A stretch of DNA of 60,819 nucleotides from an uncultured Bdellovibrionales bacterium (GTDB lineage Bacteria > Patescibacteriota > Minisyncoccia > Moranbacterales > UBA2206), in contig CAZJOI010000001.1 of assembly GCA_964547585.1 (NCBI GenBank), positions 54,037-114,855 on the forward strand. Direction: 5' to 3'. The notes beneath the pieces were generated by a model that was given only the letters and a program-made list of their open reading frames with translations, was not told the DNA's origin and searched no databases. Shown here in pieces: positions 19,467-27,096 of the stretch; the first letter of the stretch is position 1; each line of letters begins with the position of its first letter. Position numbers and translations under genes: made by a program.

Positions 19467-21092
19467 ATGGATAGTGCAATAGATAAAAATATTACAGATT
19501 TAAAAGATTTGGTTTTTAGTTATTACGCGAATAAAATTGAAAAAAGAGATGTGCACTTTCTTTTTGTCATTCATCTTACGCGTACCATGGAAGTATATAT
19601 AGAAGATTGGTTGAAAAATTTTCAAAGTGTGGGGATAATTTCTATTCCATATTCAGAAATACCAGAAGTGAAAGAGAAATTAGGGAAACAGACTAAGATT
19701 TATAGTCCAAAAGATGTATCAGAAATACCCGATCTTATATTTGAAATTTGTAATTCTCATCCTGATAAAAGTATTTGTCTAGTAGAGATAGGTGGATATT
19801 CCGCCTTGATGGAAAAAGACCCAGGTAACATAGTTGGATCTGTGGAAGATACTAATCAGGGATACTGGAACTTCAAAAAATATGAGTCAAGACTTAAGTT
19901 TCCAGTTATTAGCATTGCTCAAACTAATTTAAAAAACATTGAGAATAGATTTGTTGGAACTTCCATAAGTTATTCATTGGAGAAATTCGTCAGAAAGCAC
20001 TTTAATAAAGATCTCATAGCCATGAAAAATATTTTGGTTATGGGATATGGAGAAATTGGTCGGGGAACAGCCCAAAAGTTAAAAAGCACATTGGCCAATG
20101 TGTATGTTTATGATAGTGATCCTATAAATGTTATGTTGGCGAGGATTGATGGTTTTAACATAGCGGATAAAATATTTGCTATTGCTCAAGCCGATATAAT
20201 AATAGGAGCTACGGGACAGAGATCTTTGCAGATAAGCGACGTTGATTATTTGAAAAACAATGCTCTTCTGGCTAGTGCTTCGTCTAAGCAAGTTGAATTT
20301 CCCATGAATGAATTGAAGCAGTGCATGACTTATGAAAGTAAATATCTGAATTCCTATAAAAATAAAAATGGAACTTTTCATGTTGCTTATAACGGATTTC
20401 CTATAAATTTTATTGATGACTCTGCTTTCGGAGAAGTTTTTGATATCGTGATGTCAAGTCTTTTGTTGGCGGTCGATAACCTTTTGGAGTCCAAACCATT
20501 ACCTAGGGTATATGACTTGGAATTGAGATTGCAACAAGAGGTGGTAAGAAAATATTTTGAGTTGTATGAAGTAGATGATTATGAAAAATTTCTTTTTGTG
20601 GAAGAGGCCAAGAAAGAAAGGCATGATGCATCGAGTGCAATAGTGGTAAGCAAAAAATACAGAGATGAATTAATGGTTTTACTCCTAAAACATGAAAAAA
20701 TTGGTAAATGGATTCCTGTTGGAGGACACGTGGAAAGATTTGAATCTCCGGAGAGTGCTGTTATTCGAGAGTTGGGAGAGGAAATCGGAGTTACTCCTTT
20801 TTATTGGTTTGATAAAAATTCGAAAATTTGGTCTTCTTTGCCGATTCTTTTTGAAGAAAAAATGGAAGAAATTCCAGCTCCCGAAGGAGGAACAACTCAC
20901 TTTCATCGTGATTTTATTTTTGTAGCCATAATTGATTATTGCCTGGAAGAAAATTTTGTTGGCGAATCTAAAGAAAGAATAAAATGGTTTACGCTAGACG
21001 AAATATTTAAGCTTAATCCCGATGAAACTACACCAGAAACACTGGATCTGATCAGAGAGATAGAAAAATTCAAAAAAGAATTATTAAGATAA
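19467..21092 (+). CDS. fusion of a divergent S-adenosylhomocysteine-hydrolase-like fold with a C-terminal Nudix hydrolase domain
   Basis: Residues about 30-330 are collinear with AdoHcyase. Pairs (this protein vs AdoHcyase): HLTRTMEVYIE vs HMTVQTAVLIE; VEDTNQG vs SEETTTG; NILVMGYGEIGRGTAQKL..DSDPINVMLARIDGF vs VAVVAGYGDVGKGCAQAL..EIDPINALQAAMEGY. The C-terminus carries the Nudix box GGHVERFESPESAVIRELGEEIGV. Confidence 0.6.
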   Translation: MDSAIDKNITDLKDLVFSYYANKIEKRDVHFLFVIHLTRTMEVYIEDWLKNFQSVGIISIPYSEIPEVKEKLGKQTKIYSPKDVSEIPDLIFEICNSHPDKSICLVEIGGYSALMEKDPGNIVGSVEDTNQGYWNFKKYESRLKFPVISIAQTNLKNIENRFVGTSISYSLEKFVRKHFNKDLIAMKNILVMGYGEIGRGTAQKLKSTLANVYVYDSDPINVMLARIDGFNIADKIFAIAQADIIIGATGQRSLQISDVDYLKNNALLASASSKQVEFPMNELKQCMTYESKYLNSYKNKNGTFHVAYNGFPINFIDDSAFGEVFDIVMSSLLLAVDNLLESKPLPRVYDLELRLQQEVVRKYFELYEVDDYEKFLFVEEAKKERHDASSAIVVSKKYRDELMVLLLKHEKIGKWIPVGGHVERFESPESAVIRELGEEIGVTPFYWFDKNSKIWSSLPILFEEKMEEIPAPEGGTTHFHRDFIFVAIIDYCLEENFVGESKERIKWFTLDEIFKLNPDETTPETLDLIREIEKFKKELLR

Positions 21093-21184
21093 AATATATT
21101 TCGTACCCTATCTATCCTGGCCATAATTTTCTATGCAATTCTTATGTATATTTTTTGAAAGACGTAGGGATTAAATTGTTTTTT

Positions 21185-21357
21185 AAAAAGGCTTATGAAG
21201 GCCTTTTTGCTTACCTCGGATTAGGCATAATTTTATTGAAATGCTTAAAATAAGCCATTTGTTGTCTTTTTTTTGACAAAGTAAGTCCTCAGGTGTATAT
21301 TCTAAAGTCAGTCGATTTTGACTGAAAGTTCTTAAAAAATCATAAAAAGAAGGAGGT
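21185..21357 (+). promoter_or_regulatory. repeated terminator/operator/promoter/5' UTR module, copy P1
   Basis: AAAAAGGC..GCCTTTTT hairpin. Palindromic ATGCTTAAAATAAGCCAT at 21241-21258. TTGACA(21273-21278), 17 nt, TATATT(21296-21301) with a TGt extended -10. UTR hairpin TCAGTC..GACTGA. AAGGAGGTG. Confidence 0.6.
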
Positions 21358-21430
21358 GAAAAAGCGAGGCTTAGCGGTTAATGTGTTGGCACGAAAAGAA
21401 ATCTCTAACCCAGCAGAGGAGGTATGTATC

Positions 21431-22168
21431 ATGGAAAAATCATCTAATGCTTTTGAGCTTGCTCAGTACTTTGGGCAACAGGTGGAGGTAAAAACAAGGG
21501 TTGGACTCTTCAACGGATTCGTTATCAAGAGCTGTGAAGGACTCAATGCTTATGTCAGGGGAGAAATTATTAATGAATTTTTTCCGATGACAGTTGCAGC
21601 CTTTAGGCAGCGTTTTAACAATGAGTGGTTCCGCAGTGCGGTTGAACAACGAATGTTTAACTCGGATGTCTTGATTCTTGTTTTCGACGAGAAACAGCAG
21701 GGAGTTGGAGTTTGGGTTTTTGATGAGATTGAAATCAAGTATGACGTATATAATAAATGGGGGATATATGTTGCTATGATTTCTATCCGTCAAGAATACC
21801 AATGTATCGGTATGCACAAGGGTCTTCTGGATGTTTCGCATCATCATACAGTGAGAGGTCATTTCGACTTTACCATTTGTCGGACGCAAAATCCGATTGT
21901 GGCTACTGCTTGGTGGAATAAGTATGGCAATGTTTATCCTCTCGCCAACGAACCGGATGAAGATATAAAGGTTGTTGGAAGAATTACTGCCAAGAGAGTA
22001 GGATTTGACCATGCATACGAATCAAATCATATGATTGCTAGGGGCGTATATAATGGTGAATCTCTCCACGGCGAACCTTTTCATGTAGACAATTGTCTAG
22101 ACGGAAAGCTGTTTAATCTTATCGATTACCGCAAGGGGGACGCTGTAGTTTTGGTGTCTAGGGCTTGA
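21431..22168 (+). CDS. hypothetical protein, possibly GNAT-like acyltransferase fold
   Basis: The ATG at 21431 has GAGGAGG 8 nt upstream. The ORF track starts at GTG 21356, inside the module's SD. VAMISIRQEYQCIGMHKGLL resembles GNAT motif A. The gene is visibly more GC-rich than its neighbours. Confidence 0.45.
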   Translation: MEKSSNAFELAQYFGQQVEVKTRVGLFNGFVIKSCEGLNAYVRGEIINEFFPMTVAAFRQRFNNEWFRSAVEQRMFNSDVLILVFDEKQQGVGVWVFDEIEIKYDVYNKWGIYVAMISIRQEYQCIGMHKGLLDVSHHHTVRGHFDFTICRTQNPIVATAWWNKYGNVYPLANEPDEDIKVVGRITAKRVGFDHAYESNHMIARGVYNGESLHGEPFHVDNCLDGKLFNLIDYRKGDAVVLVSRA

Positions 22169-22259
22169 TAACTGTTTAAAAATAAGGGAGGTGTCCATTT
22201 TGGAAAATATAATTACATCGGGAAGTCGCATGACTTTCCCACAGACCAAGGTGTAATGA

Positions 22260-22290
22260 GGGATTCAGTCAGAATGATGAATCCCTTTTT
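22260..22290 (+). terminator. rho-independent terminator
   Basis: GGGATTCA..TGAATCCC stem followed by TTTTT. Confidence 0.6.
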
Positions 22291-22296
22291 ATATTT

Positions 22297-23094
22297 CTAA
22301 AATAAATTTAATTTACTTTTGCTGGCAGTAATTGCCAAAATTCCCTTATAACTTTCTTCTCCCACGAAGATAGGATAAAATTCTTTGTTTGATCTTATTT
22401 TTTTTCCAGCGGAACATCCAATGGTTGCATCTTTTTTTATTAACTTAAAGTTTTTGACATTTTTGCTGGTTTCAAAAAGCAGAGGAACTTTATAGGAGAC
22501 GCCAACGGTATATAGTTCCTTTTTGTCATGTAGTATCACGGGTCCTTTAATCATGCCTAAGTTTTTTAGAACCGTCATGATTTCAAGCAAGGCTTTTCTG
22601 TAATTAGCCCCCTTTTTGTCTGGACCATATTCAATGGCCAGTCCAATTTTTGCAAATCTTATCATCTCTCCTCCACCAAAAACATTTTTTCTTATCAAGG
22701 CTACATTTTTGCAGGGGACCAGACGCAAAAGATTTTTAGTTGTTTTTTGTAGATTAGTGACAATCACAATCCGATCAAAGTCAGAAGTTGTGGCATGAAT
22801 ATCAATTACGATATCCGAGTCTTCAATCTCCTTGCTTATGCAGTAGGCCAAGCGTTCTTCGTAGTTTCCATTTTTCTTTCCGGGGAAAGAGCGATTAAGA
22901 TCCTTGGTTATCATTCTTTGCTTTTTTTGCATAGCTTTCTCATTAGCAATAATTAGTTTCAGTGATCCTTTCAGTAGATCTACTTTCTTCAATTCGTCTA
23001 TGACTTTTTTGCCAATTACCTCGTCGCCATGTAAACAGCCAACAATGGAGACCAGTGGTTTGCCTTGTCCAATTTTTGTAATATTGAGTCTCAT
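22297..23094 (-). CDS. succinylglutamate desuccinylase/aspartoacylase (AstE/AspA) family zinc deacylase
   Basis: IVGCLHGDEVIG, DLNRSFPG and IDIHATT motifs. Confidence 0.7.
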   Translation of the reverse strand: MRLNITKIGQGKPLVSIVGCLHGDEVIGKKVIDELKKVDLLKGSLKLIIANEKAMQKKQRMITKDLNRSFPGKKNGNYEERLAYCISKEIEDSDIVIDIHATTSDFDRIVIVTNLQKTTKNLLRLVPCKNVALIRKNVFGGGEMIRFAKIGLAIEYGPDKKGANYRKALLEIMTVLKNLGMIKGPVILHDKKELYTVGVSYKVPLLFETSKNVKNFKLIKKDATIGCSAGKKIRSNKEFYPIFVGEESYKGILAITASKSKLNLF

Positions 23095-23293
23095 AAAGTT
23101 AGATTAAAAATTAAAACGACCTCGTTTGGGAAGGTCGGTTGTTTGCTTATTTTTGAAATATCTAAAGCCGACCTCTATCAATAGGTAAAGAAAAAAGAAA
23201 AGAAGAAGTTGCCTTTTAGTGATATTTTATTCATAATTTTATCTTGAGGCAAGTATATCAAGTTTGCCAGAAAAAGCAAATAATTATTTTTTT

Positions 23294-23444
23294 AAAGGCT
23301 TTGATATGCCTTTTTTGTTTGCCTTGGGTTGGGGATAATTTTATTAAAATGCTTAAAATAAGCCATTTTTGTCTTTTTGTTATTGACATTTTTGTTGGAC
23401 GAGTTATTATAATGATAGCTTGATTAATTTTGAGCTTGATTAAT
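23294..23444 (+). promoter_or_regulatory. repeated module copy P2 upstream of the small peptide gene
   Basis: AAAGGC..GCCTTT hairpin. ATGCTTAAAATAAGCCAT at 23349-23366. TTGACA at 23383-23388 and TATAAT at 23408-23413. Direct repeat AGCTTGATTAAT x2 at 23417-23428 and 23433-23444. Confidence 0.55.
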
Positions 23445-23461
23445 AATTTAATTAAAGAAGT

Positions 23462-23566
23462 ATGAAGACAAAAAAAGCCAAATCAGAAAAAAGCCAAATA
23501 AAGGAGATTGTAAGACTAAGAGTTGGTAAGCACACTTGCTCTACTTGTTCAGGAGGACACAAATAG
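23462..23566 (+). CDS. 34-aa Lys-rich peptide with a C-terminal HTCSTCSGGHK (candidate RiPP precursor)
   Basis: My translation is MKTKKAKSEKSQIKEIVRLRVGKHTCSTCSGGHK. It is not in the supplied ORF track (too short). It lies behind module P2 and 211 nt upstream of the radical SAM/SPASM gene. Confidence 0.35.
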   Translation: MKTKKAKSEKSQIKEIVRLRVGKHTCSTCSGGHK

Positions 23567-23777
23567 CAAATGTTCTCGTCGTCTTGGGTCTGTTTTGTAA
23601 ATTTGCACAAGTTTTTGTGATACTGTGTTTTTGTGCTAAGTTTGATTTTATTTTGAATGAGTAATTTTTTGTTTAGCCCGATTATTTCTGTGGTAATTTT
23701 TTAAAAATATAAATCTGAAAATTTGGTTATTTAACTATTTTTGTTTACAAACTAAATTACTGGTTTCACAAAATTTT

Positions 23778-24872
23778 ATGATTATAGAATGTTCAAAAAA
23801 TAAATACGAAGTATTTTTTGAAATGATTCAATTTGAAATTACTGGAAAATGCAATATGAAATGTGACCATTGTCGAGCGTGGAAAGAGCCAAAGGGCCAC
23901 ATGAAAATGGAAGTTATAGAGAAGGTATTGGATTTTGCTGTACCCGAATCAAGACATGAAATTAGATTTACGATTTCAGGAGGCGAGCCATTACTCAATC
24001 CTCATTTTTTTGATATTCTAAAATTAATAAAGAAAAAAATTAATCAATACGGAAAGAGACTTGATCATGCAGTTATTACAACCAATGGATCTCTTCTAAC
24101 ATCAGAAATAATTAAAAAAATAGAAGATCTTGATTTGGGGGAAATATTTTTGCAAGTCAGCATCGACAGTTTCGAGGCTGAAATACATGATAAATTCCGT
24201 CATTTTCCAGGTGCTTTTTATAAAGCCAAGAAGGCACTGGAAATGGTTGCAAAATCGAAATTGACTCCATTGTTACGAACAACAATTGTTTCAGGAGATG
24301 CAAAAAATGACTTTCGTATATTAGAAGAGATGATAAAAATGGCTCAAGAAACTGGGGTAGGAAAAATTAGTTTTGGGCCGGTGATTCCTACTGGTAAAGC
24401 GCAAATGAATCAAGGTATAATGCTGAAACCACTTGAAAAAAAAGCTTTTATAAAAAAGCTTTTAGTCCTTAAGCAAAAATATCCAAACATTGGCATATCC
24501 ACAGAAGATCCAGTCAAATTTTCTGTTTGTCCAAAAGAATGGGATTTTGGAGAATTTGATTATTCGAAATCTGATTTTATTGGTGGTTGCTCGGCAGGTG
24601 TAACTAATATGAATGTTTTTTCAAATGGAATTATTACTCCGTGCTCTATGTTGCAAGAGCCAATTGTAAATGTTATAGGAAAATCTTCGAGTCAAATTTA
24701 TAAAGAATATATTTCTTCTGATGTTATAAAAAATCTTGTAGAAAGAAATGTTGGTGGTAAGTGTAAGACATGCAGCATCAAAAGACTGTGTGGAGGGTGT
24801 AGGGCTGCTGCTGAAGGAATATCTGGAAACTATTTGGCTGAAGATCCGACATGTTGGAAAGTAAGGAAATAA
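23778..24872 (+). CDS. radical SAM enzyme with C-terminal SPASM domain
   Basis: CNMKCDHC (CxxxCxxC) near residue 25. SPASM-type C-x12-G-x4-C (CSAGVTNMNVFSNGIITPC), then CKTCSIKRLCGGC and a final C. Confidence 0.85.
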   Translation: MIIECSKNKYEVFFEMIQFEITGKCNMKCDHCRAWKEPKGHMKMEVIEKVLDFAVPESRHEIRFTISGGEPLLNPHFFDILKLIKKKINQYGKRLDHAVITTNGSLLTSEIIKKIEDLDLGEIFLQVSIDSFEAEIHDKFRHFPGAFYKAKKALEMVAKSKLTPLLRTTIVSGDAKNDFRILEEMIKMAQETGVGKISFGPVIPTGKAQMNQGIMLKPLEKKAFIKKLLVLKQKYPNIGISTEDPVKFSVCPKEWDFGEFDYSKSDFIGGCSAGVTNMNVFSNGIITPCSMLQEPIVNVIGKSSSQIYKEYISSDVIKNLVERNVGGKCKTCSIKRLCGGCRAAAEGISGNYLAEDPTCWKVRK

Positions 24873-24931
24873 CAAAAAATATGGTTGCTTGGTAATATTT
24901 GTTTGTATATTTTCGATTAAGAAAATTTAAT

Positions 24932-25059
24932 GAGGCAATGAAGCGGCCCAACCACCCGCCGAGCCTCCGCCACTTTCCAGCGAAACGGAAAAAAGAGTGC
25001 CCAAAAATAAGGGAATTCGAGTGGAACCCCCCACCCTTTTGTAAAAAGAGTGGGGCTCG
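24932..25059 (+). promoter_or_regulatory. T-box-like leader of thrS with a very short Stem I
   Basis: AATTCGAGTGGAACCCCC(25014-25031) resembles the T-box consensus AAUUAGGGUGGUACCGCG. The helix CGAG/CTCG, a 7-nt bulge TGGAACC and the helix CCCCACCCTTTT/AAAAGAGTGGGG reproduce the antiterminator architecture. The upstream hairpin GAGGC..GCGG-CCCAACCAC-CCGC..GCCTC displays ACC-A (Thr codon plus purine). Confidence 0.5.
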
Positions 25060-25111
25060 AAGTCATTTATTTTTTGGCATTTTTTGTTTAATTAAAATAA
25101 ATTAAAAAAAT

Positions 25112-26926
25112 ATGAAAAACCAACCAACCAAACTAGAAATTATTCGCCATTCTTCCGCTCATGTTTTGGCCGCGGCGGTTTTGGAAATGTTTCCAGAGGC
25201 TAAATTTGGCATTGGACCAGCCATTGAAAACGGCTTCTACTATGACTTTGAATTGCCCCGCACCCTTATTCCTGAAGATCTTCCATTGCTTGAAGAAAAA
25301 ATGAAAGAAATAATCAAGGCCAACTATAAATTTGAACAAGCGGATGTTTCCATCAATGATGCTAAGAAAGATTTCCAAAAACTTGGACAAACCTACAAGT
25401 TGGAACTTATTGATGATTTGGAAAAAGAGGGCAAGAAAAAAGTTTCTGTCTATAAATCAGATTCTTTTGTAGATCTTTGCTCTGGTCCACATCTTGATTC
25501 AACTGGAGAAATTGATCCAAGGGCACTGAAGCTCACTCGTATTTCCGGTGCCTATTGGAAATCAGATGAAAAAAATAAACAACTCCAAAGAATATATGGT
25601 GTCGCTTTTGATAATAAAAATGATTTAAATGAGTACCTTCGTATGCTTGAGGAGGCCGAAAAAAGAGATCATCGAAAATTAGGCAAGGAATTGGACTTGT
25701 TTCATATTGACCAAAAAGTAGGACTCGGTCTTCCCTTGTGGCATGCTAAGGGAGCATTGCTTTGGAGAATAGTTGAAGATTTTTGGTATAGCGAGCATCT
25801 AAAAAATAATTATGACTTAGTTCGCTCACCTCATATTGGAAACAAAACTTTATGGGAAACTTCTGGGCATTGGGGTTTTTATAATGCTAGCATGTATCCA
25901 CCTATTGAAATTGGGCAAACGCTTGAAGAAAGACAGAAAAATCAAATAATCAAGGAATCCGAAGAATATTTATTAAAACCGATGAATTGCCCTTTTCATG
26001 TTGAAATTTATAAAAATAATCTTTGGTCATATCGCGATCTTCCTCTCAGATGGGCTGAATGCGGAACTGTTTATCGTTATGAAAAAAAAGGTGAACTTTC
26101 TGGGCTTACTCGTGTTCGTGGTTTCACTCAGGATGATGCTCATATCATTTGTCGTATTGATCAAGTTGAGGATGAATTAAAAAAAGTAGTAGATTTCATA
26201 TTATTCATGTTTAAATCTTTCGGTTTCAATACAAATATAATCAATGTTTATCTTTCCCTTCGTGATTCAAAAAATAAAGAAAAATATGCCGGAAACGATG
26301 AAGGCTGGGAATTTACTGAAAGCGTTTTGCGGAAAGTAGCCATAGAAAAAAAACTTAATTTCAAGGAAGAAAAGGGCGAGGCTGCCTTTTATGGACCGAA
26401 ACTGGATTTCAAATTGAAGGATGTTCTTGGCAGAGAATGGCAATGTTCAACTCTCCAATTTGATTTTAACCTTCCGGAAAGATTTGACATGACTTTTATT
26501 AACAGCAAGGGCGAAAATGAAAGACCATATGTTTTGCACAGAGCTTTATTTGGGTCATTTGAAAGATTTATAGCACTTCTTATTGAACATTACGCAGGCG
26601 CTTTTCCAACTTGGCTTTCTCCTGTACAAGTGATGATAATTCCTATTTCTGAAGAAAAATTTGGGGATTATGCCGAGGAAGTGCAAAAAAAATTAGTGGC
26701 TATTGGCGTACGTGCTAAAATTGATGCTACTTCAGAAAGTTTAGGAAAAAGAATTCGCGAAGCGGAAAAACAAAAAATTCCATACATGCTAGTGGTTGGC
26801 GAAAAAGAAGTGGAGACTATTTCAGTTGCCGTAAGAGAGTATAAAACTAAAAATCAAGACATTATGAAAATGAGTGATTTTATGGAAAAGATAAGGAGTG
26901 AAATTAAAAAAAGGAAAAGTGAATAA
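25112..26926 (+). CDS. thrS: threonine--tRNA ligase (no N-terminal TGS domain)
   Basis: It starts directly in the editing/second-additional domain (IRHSSAHVLA). A class II core and an anticodon-binding domain follow. 604 aa. Confidence 0.95.
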   Translation: MKNQPTKLEIIRHSSAHVLAAAVLEMFPEAKFGIGPAIENGFYYDFELPRTLIPEDLPLLEEKMKEIIKANYKFEQADVSINDAKKDFQKLGQTYKLELIDDLEKEGKKKVSVYKSDSFVDLCSGPHLDSTGEIDPRALKLTRISGAYWKSDEKNKQLQRIYGVAFDNKNDLNEYLRMLEEAEKRDHRKLGKELDLFHIDQKVGLGLPLWHAKGALLWRIVEDFWYSEHLKNNYDLVRSPHIGNKTLWETSGHWGFYNASMYPPIEIGQTLEERQKNQIIKESEEYLLKPMNCPFHVEIYKNNLWSYRDLPLRWAECGTVYRYEKKGELSGLTRVRGFTQDDAHIICRIDQVEDELKKVVDFILFMFKSFGFNTNIINVYLSLRDSKNKEKYAGNDEGWEFTESVLRKVAIEKKLNFKEEKGEAAFYGPKLDFKLKDVLGREWQCSTLQFDFNLPERFDMTFINSKGENERPYVLHRALFGSFERFIALLIEHYAGAFPTWLSPVQVMIIPISEEKFGDYAEEVQKKLVAIGVRAKIDATSESLGKRIREAEKQKIPYMLVVGEKEVETISVAVREYKTKNQDIMKMSDFMEKIRSEIKKRKSE

Positions 26927-26970
26927 TGACGGTGCGTGTGTATGAGTATGTTTATTTTCTATCGAATTTT

Positions 26971-27020
26971 ATGAAGAGGCTTTTTTTGTTTGCTTTGGAT
27001 CGGACATAATTTTGTGATAA
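26971..27020 (+). repeat. degenerate partial copy (P3) of the repeated module
   Basis: ATGAAGAGGCTTTTTTTGTTTGCTTTGGATCGGACATAATTTTGTGATAA aligns with the first third of P1, P2 and P4. The palindromic site and TTGACA are missing. Confidence 0.4.
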
Positions 27021-27096
27021 TTTTTTAAATGTCTACATTGAAAATGTAAAAGAATATTAATCGTATTACAATACAAAGGAATAAATATAAAAAATT

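Noticed and set aside
21356-21430. GTG at 21356 as the start of the GNAT-like gene
   Set aside because: The GTG is part of the module's GGAGGTG SD, so no spacing is possible. A second SD with correct spacing precedes the ATG at 21431. This remains uncertain.
24899-25105. 68-aa ORF in the ORF track between the radical SAM gene and thrS
   Set aside because: It coincides with the GC-rich T-box-like leader. It has no SD and an odd composition (Pro/Arg/Lys-rich). It is better explained as structured non-coding RNA.
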